Positions 55,547 to 64,000 of a stretch of DNA of 64,000 nt are shown in pieces; within the stretch, counting starts at the first letter, position 1, and each line of letters starts with the position of its first letter. The stretch comes from a virus (taxonomy: Duplodnaviria; Caudoviricetes): IMG/VR virus record IMGVR_UViG_3300042881_004206. One strand, given 5' to 3'. The notes under the pieces were generated by a model. The model had not been told where the DNA came from. It made no database searches and was given only the letters and a program-made list of their open reading frames with translations. Position numbers and translations under genes: made by a program.

Positions 55547-55734
55547 AAAATTTCAAAAAATTCGTATACGAAGATGGTGTCGGCGCAGTAGCTGCCGCAC
55601 CCACAAATACAACAGGATCCGGTCAAGTAGCTGGTATGGGTCAACCACCTGGTAGCAAATCTGGTGAACCAGGAGTCAGCAAAAAAAGAAATCCAATGAT
55701 GGGATTTTTTAAAAGAAAACAACCGAAAATGTAG
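55543..55734 (+). CDS. Small basic peptide with capsid-targeting-like N-terminus
   Basis: MKNFKKFVYE followed by Gly/Ala/Pro-rich and basic tail. Confidence 0.55.
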   Translation: MKNFKKFVYEDGVGAVAAAPTNTTGSGQVAGMGQPPGSKSGEPGVSKKRNPMMGFFKRKQPKM

Positions 55735-55743
55735 GATATTAAA

Positions 55744-56199
55744 ATGTGGATTTTAGAATGGTTGCCTTTTTGGATATTTTATGTTATACTTCTGATAGGT
55801 GTATTGGGACTGGCTGCAACCTTTCTGATGCGTTTTTTACCTATTCCTGGTCTATATCTTTATAAAACTGCAATACAACTAGTATCGATTGTTCTAGTCG
55901 TTATAGGCACCTATATGTCTGGTGCAATATCAAACGAAGAATCCTGGTTGGCAAAAGTCAAAGAACTTGAAACTAAAGTATCTGAATCCGAAAAAAAGGC
56001 AGCCGAAAAAAATACCGAAATTGTTGAAAAAGTAGTCACGAAGACTCAAGTTATAAAAGAAAAGGGTGATGATATCATTAAGTATGTGGACAGAGAAGTG
56101 GTAAAAAAAGAAGAAGTTGTCAAATTTGTTGAAAACTGTCCTATACCAAATGACATCATTAACGCTCACAATGCAGCTGCAAGCCTAAATAAAAAATGA
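55744..56199 (+). CDS. Putative i-spanin
   Basis: N-terminal TM segments, coiled coil, C-terminal Cys; overlaps lipoprotein gene. Confidence 0.6.
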   Translation: MWILEWLPFWIFYVILLIGVLGLAATFLMRFLPIPGLYLYKTAIQLVSIVLVVIGTYMSGAISNEESWLAKVKELETKVSESEKKAAEKNTEIVEKVVTKTQVIKEKGDDIIKYVDREVVKKEEVVKFVENCPIPNDIINAHNAAASLNKK

Positions 56200-56507
56200 G
56201 ATTAGTTTTACTTATTTTACCATTTTTATTATCGGCTTGCGCAATGTTTAAAACCGTTGTGCCCGTTGAAAGACATTTCCCCGAAGTGCCCAAAACATTA
56301 CAGGAAAAATGTAATGAATTAAAAACTTTACAGGGAGACAAGGTTTCAATTACAGATATGTTAAAAGTTGTGGTTGAAAATTATAGAATGTACTATGAGT
56401 GTTCAACAAAAGTTGAAGGTTGGCAAGAATGGTATGATGAACAACGGAAAATATTTGATGGTGTGGATAAAAAACAAAAATCTTGGTACAATATTTGGAG
56501 TAAATAA
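56196..56507 (+). CDS. Putative o-spanin lipoprotein
   Basis: LLSAC lipobox; FPEVP..C..L...YYEC pattern. Confidence 0.65.
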   Translation: MRLVLLILPFLLSACAMFKTVVPVERHFPEVPKTLQEKCNELKTLQGDKVSITDMLKVVVENYRMYYECSTKVEGWQEWYDEQRKIFDGVDKKQKSWYNIWSK

Positions 56508-56767
56508 TGAAATATTTAATTCTAGCACTCACTTGTCTCTCACTCACTGGCTGTGCAACAGCTAGTAAAGACCAATTATATTACGATACAGCTAAGTCAA
56601 TTAGTAAAGATAATACAATGTCACAAACAGCATGTTGGTCTGCTGTCACCGAAATAGCAAAAGGTGGCGACAACTCAGCTAAAGTTGGTGCAATTGCACT
56701 TGCTGATAGATGCAAAAATGAAACAGTTAAAATTGAAGCTCCAAAAAGAAATTGGATGGGATTTTAA
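56507..56767 (+). CDS. Lipoprotein
   Basis: MKYLILALTCLSLTGC lipobox. Confidence 0.7.
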   Translation: MKYLILALTCLSLTGCATASKDQLYYDTAKSISKDNTMSQTACWSAVTEIAKGGDNSAKVGAIALADRCKNETVKIEAPKRNWMGF

Positions 56768-56777
56768 AGGATAAAAA

Positions 56778-57404
56778 ATGGAATTAACATTAGAACAATT
56801 AAAACAATTACTTCCAAAAAATCCTTATGTAACTCATTGGCATAATGCTCTGGTGCAATTATTTCCTGACTATGAAATAAACACATCTAGAAGAATGGCA
56901 GCATTCATTGCTCAATGTGCTCATGAGTCTGGTGGATTCATGATTCTCACAGAGAATTTAAATTACAAATGGCAAACACTTAGAAAATTATTTCCAAAGT
57001 ATTTTCCTGATGATGCAACCGCACAAAGATACGCATCAATGCCGAACAAACAAGAGGCAATTGCAAATAGAATTTATGCAAGCCGGATGGGTAATGGACC
57101 CGAAGAATCTGGTGACGGATTCAAGTATCGTGGCCGTGGTTTGATTCAACTTACCGGTCGCGATAACTATTCTTGGTTTGCAGCTTCACTAGAAATTTCT
57201 GCCGAAGAAGCAACAGAATACCTAGGCACATTTGAAGGTGCTGCACAGTCCGCGTGTTGGTTCTGGGAAACAAATAAACTCAATCAATGGGCAGATAACG
57301 GCGACATTGTAACTTTGACAAAGCGAATCAATGGTGGAACCATAGGGCTTGATGATCGCATTAAACATTATGAACATGCGCTTCACGTTCTAGGGGGTCA
57401 CTGA
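56778..57404 (+). CDS. Glycoside hydrolase family 19 endolysin
   Basis: FIAQCAHESGGF, YRGRGLIQLTGRDNY, SACWFW and RINGGTIGLDDR. Confidence 0.92.
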   Translation: MELTLEQLKQLLPKNPYVTHWHNALVQLFPDYEINTSRRMAAFIAQCAHESGGFMILTENLNYKWQTLRKLFPKYFPDDATAQRYASMPNKQEAIANRIYASRMGNGPEESGDGFKYRGRGLIQLTGRDNYSWFAASLEISAEEATEYLGTFEGAAQSACWFWETNKLNQWADNGDIVTLTKRINGGTIGLDDRIKHYEHALHVLGGH

Positions 57405-57682
57405 TGAATGATAAAAAATTATTTAAATACCTACTCTTTCTTCTAGTTCTTCCAATTGGACTGGCAATTTTTGGTGGTGACAGATTTCGTTATCCATGTC
57501 AAGATCCAAAAAATTGGGACAAAGAGATGTGTCAAAAGCCACTGTGTGATGTGACAAGAACCTGTCCAGAACACGTATTTAAGGGTCAACGTGATCCTAG
57601 ATTAGGACCTCCAAATGATGCAATCAATAACCAACCTTCTCAACAAATTTGTGTTCCGCAAGGAGTCAGCTGTGGAAAATAA
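57404..57682 (+). CDS. Small membrane-anchored Cys-rich protein
   Basis: N-terminal TM; RYPCQDP..MCQKPLCDVTRTCP. Confidence 0.6.
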   Translation: MNDKKLFKYLLFLLVLPIGLAIFGGDRFRYPCQDPKNWDKEMCQKPLCDVTRTCPEHVFKGQRDPRLGPPNDAINNQPSQQICVPQGVSCGK

Positions 57683-58157
57683 ACCAGAATTTGTATACAC
57701 AGAAGAGCAATTAATGGCTCGTCTGAAATTCTTTATTGGTGTGTGTCTTGCATTAACTCTCACTGGTATTGTGTTCGTTGTTTTATATTCTTTAATTTTC
57801 GTCACACAGCCACTCAATGCAATTTCACCAATCGACCAAAAATTCTTTGAATTAATTGTTCCTATTGCCACATTCTTGACAGGTACACTTTCGGGCATCA
57901 TGTTATCTGGTGCTAAGAAAGAGGATCAAGAAGCCATGTTGGCCGCACAAAAATTGGCTAACGAAAACTTCGAAGCTACTAAGAAGGCAATGGTCGCACC
58001 ACCTCCGCCACCATCGATGCCAACAGTTACAGTAACTGACAAGGGCATAACAATTGGTGCCGGTGCGTCTAACGCTCCCACTCAATCTCCAGGACAAGTC
58101 GTTGTGGGATACGGAGGAAAACTAGCACCTCCACAGTCGCCACATCCTGAGATTTGA
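57672..58157 (+). CDS. Two-TM membrane protein (holin candidate)
   Basis: AGGAG RBS before GTG 57672; two hydrophobic helices; Pro-rich tail. Confidence 0.55.
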   Translation: MENKPEFVYTEEQLMARLKFFIGVCLALTLTGIVFVVLYSLIFVTQPLNAISPIDQKFFELIVPIATFLTGTLSGIMLSGAKKEDQEAMLAAQKLANENFEATKKAMVAPPPPPSMPTVTVTDKGITIGAGASNAPTQSPGQVVVGYGGKLAPPQSPHPEI

Positions 58158-58160
58158 TGA

Positions 58161-58469
58161 ATGCAAATCAAAAGTTTGCTCCAAGATGGTGTTGATGGGT
58201 CTTTAAGTAGTAGGCGCGTCATCACCTTCTTGGCGTTTGTATTTTGTAGTATTGCCTTTTTTGCCAATTTATTTTGGGGTAAAAAAGTAGATTCATTTAT
58301 GTTTGAAGGCATGATGTATATTGCGATAGCTGGATTGGGAGTAACTGTAGCCGAAAAATTTTCAAATAGAAATGCACCGATTATAAACTCACCATATCAC
58401 ACAGAAACAATAAATAGAAAACCAATTTACGGTACACCTTTACCTAAAATACAGGAGAGAGAAATATGA
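58161..58469 (+). CDS. Two-TM membrane protein (holin candidate)
   Basis: SSRRVITFLAFVFCSIAF and YIAIAGLGVTVAEKF. Confidence 0.55.
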   Translation: MQIKSLLQDGVDGSLSSRRVITFLAFVFCSIAFFANLFWGKKVDSFMFEGMMYIAIAGLGVTVAEKFSNRNAPIINSPYHTETINRKPIYGTPLPKIQEREI

Positions 58470-58699
58470 AAGCTATTGCCATCGTAACTCTAATTGCTTC
58501 TTCGCTTTTTTTAAATACATCATTTGCAAATGCACCTAAAGCTGAAGATAAACCGGCCGAAGTTAAAAAAGTTTGCATTGATAAAGTCACAAAAGACGGA
58601 AAGCCAGTTCTCGATAAAGCCGGCAAACAAGTGCAAGAATGTAAAGAAATGAAGGTTCATAAAAAATTAGAAGGAACAAAAGTTCCTGAAAAGAAATAA
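58466..58699 (+). CDS. Small exported protein
   Basis: Signal peptide ending SFA; Lys-rich with two Cys. Confidence 0.6.
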   Translation: MKAIAIVTLIASSLFLNTSFANAPKAEDKPAEVKKVCIDKVTKDGKPVLDKAGKQVQECKEMKVHKKLEGTKVPEKK

Positions 58700-59160
58700 T
58701 GTCTGTAAATACAAAAGGTGAAATTGATATACGGGTCGATGTGGTCGACCTGCAGGTTGATGTTGGTGTGATGAAACAGCAAATCACTAACATCACCTCA
58801 TTATGTGGAAAAATGGATTCACTGATAGAAAAAATGATGGAAAAACAAGATAAAATCGAATCTGAGATTTATAATCATGTTGAAAAGAAACAGGAAGAAA
58901 CAACTTCCGATGTGAAGGAATTACATTCCAGAATTACCACTGTTGATAGAAATCTTTCGGATAAGTTGGAACTTACCGAAAGAAGAATTATGGACGAAAT
59001 TAAATCGTTGAGACAGGAAATCAACGCACACAATCAAAGAGAAGACGACCAAATAGAAAAAATATTGGAGTGGAAATGGATGGCAGCCGGTGGCATTATT
59101 GTAATCGCATGGTTGCTTTCACACGTTAAATTTGATATAATTTCGAAATTATTCGGTTAA
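58699..59160 (+). CDS. Coiled-coil protein with C-terminal TM
   Basis: Heptad region followed by WKWMAAGGIIVIAWLL. Confidence 0.6.
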   Translation: MSVNTKGEIDIRVDVVDLQVDVGVMKQQITNITSLCGKMDSLIEKMMEKQDKIESEIYNHVEKKQEETTSDVKELHSRITTVDRNLSDKLELTERRIMDEIKSLRQEINAHNQREDDQIEKILEWKWMAAGGIIVIAWLLSHVKFDIISKLFG

Positions 59161-59184
59161 CTTTTTCTTTCCTTTAATTTTGTT

Positions 59185-60192
59185 ATGAGCGTTTTCATTG
59201 ATCGTACCTTTTTGCTACGGGTTTCTCCGAAGCTTCAAAAATTCACACAGAAAAAAGAGGATCTCTATAATTTTAGGTGTCCTCTCTGTGGCGATTCTTC
59301 AAAAAATAAAACCAAAGCTCGCGGTTATGTCTACCGCAAAAAGAATGATTATTTCTACATGTGCCATAATTGTGGTGCATCCACCAATTTTTATAATTTT
59401 CTCGATAAGGTGGATTCAAGCCTTGTCAAAGAATATGCTCTAGAGCGTTATAAAAATGAAACCGGTGCCAACAACTATAAGAAGCCAGATTTCGACGAAT
59501 TCAAAACCAAAACTACTTTTAAACAGAAACTTGATTTGCCTTCGATATCCGATTTACCCGATGAACATTATGCAAAAACATATGTTTTGTCCAGAGGTAT
59601 TCCAGAAGAACACCATTTAAATCTTTATTATGCAGAAGATTTTAAAAAGTTTGTTGAATCATTGGATGTGGAGAAAGATGGTTTAAAAGATAATGATCCC
59701 AGACTTATTATTCCCTTTTATGATGAAGAAAAAAATCTAGTTGCATTTCAAGGTCGTTCACTAGGTGAGTCTAAATTAAGGTACATAACAATCAAATTGG
59801 ACCAAGACAACTATAAAGTTTTTGGTCTCGACAGGATCGACCAGGATGAAATGATTTATGTAGTCGAAGGCCCTATCGATTCTTTATTTTTAAAAAATGC
59901 TGTGGCTACGGCCGATTCGAATTTGATGGCTGTTTCTAAGATATTTGATCGTTCAAAAGTAACTCTTGTGTATGATAACGAACCGAGAAATAAAGAATTA
60001 CACAAACAAATGGAAAGAGCAATTGAAGAACATTATAATGTGGTAATATGGCCGGAGATGATTGACAAAAAAGATATCAATGATATGATACTCGATGGTT
60101 TCTCATCGGATGAAATTCAAGATATCATAAGTAAAAATACATTTGTAAATCTTAGAGCGAAGATGGAATTCATAAATTGGAAAAAGACTTAA
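59185..60192 (+). CDS. gp61: DNA primase
   Basis: FRCPLCGDS..CHNC zinc finger, RLIIPF, YVVEGPIDSLF and YDNEPRN. Confidence 0.95.
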   Translation: MSVFIDRTFLLRVSPKLQKFTQKKEDLYNFRCPLCGDSSKNKTKARGYVYRKKNDYFYMCHNCGASTNFYNFLDKVDSSLVKEYALERYKNETGANNYKKPDFDEFKTKTTFKQKLDLPSISDLPDEHYAKTYVLSRGIPEEHHLNLYYAEDFKKFVESLDVEKDGLKDNDPRLIIPFYDEEKNLVAFQGRSLGESKLRYITIKLDQDNYKVFGLDRIDQDEMIYVVEGPIDSLFLKNAVATADSNLMAVSKIFDRSKVTLVYDNEPRNKELHKQMERAIEEHYNVVIWPEMIDKKDINDMILDGFSSDEIQDIISKNTFVNLRAKMEFINWKKT

Positions 60193-60202
60193 TGGAGAAT
60201 AA

Positions 60203-60859
60203 ATGAAAGTTAAATTAATTTCTTATACAAAAGATACTGAAAATAGATCGTTGATTGAACAAATTGCATATGTCGCTCGTGTATCAAACCCATCAAATCA
60301 AAATAATAATGATAATGCGGAAAAACTAGTTCGATATTTGATTAAACATAAACATTGGTCTCCTCTCGAAATGGTTAATGTGTGTTTAGAAATTCAAACC
60401 ACTCGCGATATTGCAAGACAAATAATTCGTCACCGTTCTTTTTCTTTTCAAGAATTTTCACAACGATATGCGGACCCAACTAAAGATTTAGATTTTGTGC
60501 AGAGAGAAGCGAGATTACAAGACCTGAAGAATAGACAGAATAGCATTCCTACTGATAATCAACAGCTTATGGCATTTTGGGAAGAAAGGCAGAAACGTGT
60601 CATCCGAGAATCAAAAGAAGCTTATGCGTGGGCTGTTGAAAATGGAATTGCTAAAGAACAAGCACGAGCAGTTTTGCCTGAAGGATTGATGGAATCTAGA
60701 ATTTATATGAACGGCACTTTGCGTTCTTGGGTTCACTATATACAACTCCGATGTGCAAATGGAACACAAAAAGAACACCAAGAAATTGCTATAAAATGTG
60801 CAGAAGAAATTCAAAGTATATTCCCAATGATTATGGAGTTTATCAATGAACAGTCGTGA
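60203..60859 (+). CDS. thyX: Flavin-dependent thymidylate synthase
   Basis: ARVSNP, RHRSFSFQEFSQRY and ARAVLP. Confidence 0.95.
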   Translation: MKVKLISYTKDTENRSLIEQIAYVARVSNPSNQNNNDNAEKLVRYLIKHKHWSPLEMVNVCLEIQTTRDIARQIIRHRSFSFQEFSQRYADPTKDLDFVQREARLQDLKNRQNSIPTDNQQLMAFWEERQKRVIRESKEAYAWAVENGIAKEQARAVLPEGLMESRIYMNGTLRSWVHYIQLRCANGTQKEHQEIAIKCAEEIQSIFPMIMEFINEQS

Positions 60860-61214
60860 TGATGTAAAAAAATTTATGGTTGCGTGTGATCAGAATGAAA
60901 TTGGTTTTGGTCCTCAATCTTCACTCTATTTCAATTTAATTGTTGAAGAATTTTGGGAACTAAAGAATGCTGTGCAGAAACGAGATATGATTGAAATTGC
61001 TGATGCTTGTGCAGATTTAAAATGGGTTATTGAAGGTTTAGAAAACTCTTTAAATATTCCCCAACAAGAAGTTTGGGACGAAGTTTCAAGAAGCAATCTC
61101 AGTAAGATTAGTTCCAATGGCAAAGTTATCAAAAGAGAAGATGGAAAGGTTTTAAAGCCAGATACATATTCTCCTCCTGACATTAAAAAAATTCTAGACA
61201 ATAATAAGGCATAA
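60846..61214 (+). CDS. MazG-like nucleotide pyrophosphohydrolase
   Basis: IVEEFWE, EIADACADL, EVSRSNLSK and REDGKVLKP. Confidence 0.82.
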   Translation: MNSRDDVKKFMVACDQNEIGFGPQSSLYFNLIVEEFWELKNAVQKRDMIEIADACADLKWVIEGLENSLNIPQQEVWDEVSRSNLSKISSNGKVIKREDGKVLKPDTYSPPDIKKILDNNKA

Positions 61215-61218
61215 ACAC

Positions 61219-63009
61219 ATGAAATATCTCGGCATCAATATAGACTTAGAAAGAGATAAATTATTCGACCAGTTAGGTATTAAAAGACTCCAAGAATCTT
61301 ACATGCGTGAAGACGAAACTTCACCACAACATAGATTTGCATATGTTTCAAAATCATTTGGTTCTAATCCGGAACATGCTCAGAGGTTGTATGACTACTC
61401 AAGTAAACATTGGCTTTCATATTCAACACCAATACTTTCTTTCGGCCGATCTAAAAGAGGAATGCCCATATCATGTTTTCTAAATTATATCGAAGATACA
61501 GCAGAGGGTCTAGTTGATAATCTGTCCGAGACTAATTGGCTCTCTATGTTGGGTGGAGGCGTGGGCATTGGTTTCGGTATTCGGAGCGCTGATGATAAGT
61601 CTACTGGTGTTATGCCTCACCTTAAAATCTACGATGCATCCTCTCTCGCCTACCGCCAGGGTCGTACTCGTCGCGGCTCTTATGCTGCATATCTTGATGT
61701 TTCACATCCTGATATTATTCCCTTTTTAGAAATGCGAAAACCAACCGGTGATCCAAATGTGCGTTGTTTGAATCTGCATCATGGTATTAACATCACAGAT
61801 GATTTCATGCAAGTAATCGAAAAGTGCATGGTTGATCCTGGTGCAAATGATAATTGGGAGCTTAAAGATCCACACACCGGCGAAGTGCGTGAAGTTGTTT
61901 CCGCAAAGATGTTATGGCAAATGATTCTAGAGTTGCGTATGCATACAGGTGAGCCGTATATTCATTATATTGATACGAGCAATCGTATGATGCCACAATG
62001 GCTCAAAGACAAAGGATTACGAATCAATCAATCCAATTTATGTTCAGAAATTATTCTGCCAACAAATGAAGAAAGAACTGCTGTATGCTGTTTATCAAGT
62101 TTGAATCTAGAGTATTACGATGATTGGAAAAATGATAAACTATTTTTGCGAGATGTTGCTGAGATGCTGGATAATGTGCTTCAGTATTTTATTGATAATG
62201 CTCCTGATTCCATTTCTAGGGCTAAGTATTCTGCTAGTCGCGAGCGTTCAATTGGTATTGGCGCTCTTGGTTTTCATGCCTACCTGCAATGCAATAACAT
62301 TGCTTTTGAAGGAGTGATGGCAAAGGTAACAAATAACAAAATATTCAAACATATTAGGAAGGAATTAGATGAAGCTAATAAGGTTTTGGGAGCAGAACGA
62401 GGTGAAGCTCCAGATGCTAGTGGGACTGGTCTGCGTTTTAGTCATCTTATGGCTGTTGCTCCAAATGCTTCTTCGTCTATCATTATGGGAAACACTAGCC
62501 CTAGTATCGAGCCTTATCGCGCTAACGCTTATCGTCAGGACACGTTATCTGGCTCATCACTAAACAAAAATAAGTATTTCGATAGAATTATTCAAAAACA
62601 TTCAAAAGGCCATGCAGAGGGATGGTCTGAAGAGGTCTGGTCTTCTATTATTGCTAATGATGGTTCGGTGCAACATCTTGAATGGCTTGATGAAAACGAA
62701 AAAGCTGTATTCAAAACTTCCATGGAAATTGATCAGAGATGGGTCATAGAACATGCTGCCGATAGACAACAGTATATTGATCAAGCACAATCATTGAATG
62801 TATTTTTCCGTCCCGATTCGAACATTAAATATGTTCATGCTATACACTTTATGGCATGGAAAAAAGGAGTAAAAACGTTATATTATTGTAGATCCGAAAA
62901 AATTGGAAAAGCAGATAAAGTTTCGAAGAAAATTGAAAGACAGGTAATCAAAGAACTTGACATGACACAAATTGCTCAAGGAAACGATTGTATAGCTTGC
63001 GAAGGATAA
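61219..63009 (+). CDS. nrdA: Ribonucleotide reductase class Ia alpha subunit (short, no ATP cone)
   Basis: PISCF, QSNLCSEI, AVCCLSS, APNASSS, TLYYCR and C-terminal CIACEG. Confidence 0.95.
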   Translation: MKYLGINIDLERDKLFDQLGIKRLQESYMREDETSPQHRFAYVSKSFGSNPEHAQRLYDYSSKHWLSYSTPILSFGRSKRGMPISCFLNYIEDTAEGLVDNLSETNWLSMLGGGVGIGFGIRSADDKSTGVMPHLKIYDASSLAYRQGRTRRGSYAAYLDVSHPDIIPFLEMRKPTGDPNVRCLNLHHGINITDDFMQVIEKCMVDPGANDNWELKDPHTGEVREVVSAKMLWQMILELRMHTGEPYIHYIDTSNRMMPQWLKDKGLRINQSNLCSEIILPTNEERTAVCCLSSLNLEYYDDWKNDKLFLRDVAEMLDNVLQYFIDNAPDSISRAKYSASRERSIGIGALGFHAYLQCNNIAFEGVMAKVTNNKIFKHIRKELDEANKVLGAERGEAPDASGTGLRFSHLMAVAPNASSSIIMGNTSPSIEPYRANAYRQDTLSGSSLNKNKYFDRIIQKHSKGHAEGWSEEVWSSIIANDGSVQHLEWLDENEKAVFKTSMEIDQRWVIEHAADRQQYIDQAQSLNVFFRPDSNIKYVHAIHFMAWKKGVKTLYYCRSEKIGKADKVSKKIERQVIKELDMTQIAQGNDCIACEG

Positions 63010-63012
63010 AAA

Positions 63013-63252
63013 ATGAAAATACTTAGATTCACAGCATCTTGGTGTCAGCCTTGTAACTCGTTAGCCAAAAATTTGGAAGAAGCAAAATTAAACATACCAG
63101 TAGAAGTTATTGATATTGATGTTCACAATGATTTGGCGATTGAATACGGAATTAGATCGGTTCCAACATTAGTCCTTATTGATGAAAATATTGAAGTCAA
63201 AAGATCTATAGGCACAAAAACAATCGAACAATTAAAGGAATGGGCAAGATGA
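63013..63252 (+). CDS. trx: Thioredoxin
   Basis: WCQPC active site; IRSVPT. Confidence 0.92.
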   Translation: MKILRFTASWCQPCNSLAKNLEEAKLNIPVEVIDIDVHNDLAIEYGIRSVPTLVLIDENIEVKRSIGTKTIEQLKEWAR

Positions 63253-64000
63253 TTAAAAAAGTTTCAGAACAAAAACTTACGGATGAAAGAAATCATTTTA
63301 AACCTTTCAATTATCCTTGGGCTTACGATGCATGGTTAAAGCATGAACAAAGTCATTGGTTGCATACAGAAGTTCCGATGTTGGAAGATGTTAAAGATTG
63401 GAAGAAAAGATTAACGAATGAAGAAAAACAATTTCTAACTCATATTTTTCGTTTTTTCACTCAAGGAGACATTGATGTTGCTGGTGGGTATGTTCGCAAT
63501 TATTTGCCATATTTTCCTCAACCTGAAGTCCGAATGATGTTGTTGGGTTTCTCTGCTAGAGAAGCACTACACATTGCAGCTTATTCTCATTTAATTGAAA
63601 CTCTCGGTATGCCAGAGAGCACATATAATCAATTTTTAGCATACGAAGAAATGAGAGATAAACATGAGTATATCACCGAAATTTCTTCTAAGAATGGAAC
63701 GGCCGAATCAACTGCAACACATATTGCTGCTTTTAGTGCATTCACAGAAGGTATGCAACTATTCAGTTCATTCATCATGTTATTAAATTTTCCAAGACAC
63801 GGAAAAATGAAGGGCATGGGACAAATTGTAACATGGTCAATTGTTGACGAGACACAACATGCAGAAAATATGATCAAGTTATTCAGAGCTTATGTTGAAG
63901 AAAATAAGGAAATCTGGAATGACGAACTTAAAGGAAAAATATATTCAATTGCTGAGAGAATGGTTGCTCTCGAAGACAGGTTTATTGATTTGGCATTCGG
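63249..64000 (+). CDS. nrdB: Ribonucleotide reductase beta subunit (3'-truncated; absent from ORF track)
   Basis: Translated by hand: MIKKVSEQKLTDERNHFKPFNYPWAY...FFTQGDIDV...AREALH...VDETQH. Confidence 0.93.
   Translation, partial: MIKKVSEQKLTDERNHFKPFNYPWAYDAWLKHEQSHWLHTEVPMLEDVKDWKKRLTNEEKQFLTHIFRFFTQGDIDVAGGYVRNYLPYFPQPEVRMMLLGFSAREALHIAAYSHLIETLGMPESTYNQFLAYEEMRDKHEYITEISSKNGTAESTATHIAAFSAFTEGMQLFSSFIMLLNFPRHGKMKGMGQIVTWSIVDETQHAENMIKLFRAYVEENKEIWNDELKGKIYSIAERMVALEDRFIDLAF

Noticed and set aside
34196-63009. Introns or inteins in gp43, uvsX, gp41, thyX and nrdA
   Set aside because: All are continuous ORFs of expected size with contiguous motifs
2123-63877. Dozens of 60-120 aa ORFs in the supplied track lying antisense to or inside long genes
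   Set aside because: They are shadows of well-supported genes, with no RBS, motif or independent promoter evident
1-64000. Stop-codon reassignment
   Set aside because: Core genes are full length in code 11; TAA, TGA and TAG all end genes; no suppressor tRNA

Overview
A 64-kb segment of a large, AT-rich, lytic T4-like myovirus genome (standard genetic code). No integrase, CRISPR array, intron or intein was seen. Nearly all genes are on the + strand. In order: tail and head morphogenesis (gp18-19-20-67-21-22-23-3); uvsY/uvsW, gp55, gp47/46; an accessory stretch (GMP reductase, peptide deformylase, DruA/DUF4338-like protein, wHTH protein, glycosyltransferase, dATP/dGTP diphosphohydrolase); gp45-44-62-regA; hsp20 with a structured ROSE-like leader; rubrerythrin/rubredoxin; dCMP deaminase. 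Next is an array of 24 tRNA genes, several atypical, with two unassigned structured RNAs. A six-gene minus-strand cassette of exported/membrane proteins ending in a D-Ala-D-Ala peptidase is inserted into the array. Then come gp43, uvsX, gp41, a second DruA-like gene, a PD-(D/E)XK nuclease and a 7-gene glycan-modification cluster. After that lie an ~8-kb block of putative capsid-internal proteins with capsid-targeting and prohead-protease-site motifs, a lysis cluster (spanins, GH19 endolysin, holin candidates), gp61 primase, thyX, a MazG-like gene, nrdA, thioredoxin and a truncated nrdB. All calls come from motif recognition by eye; no searches were run. A Gram-negative host is inferred from the spanins and lipoproteins.
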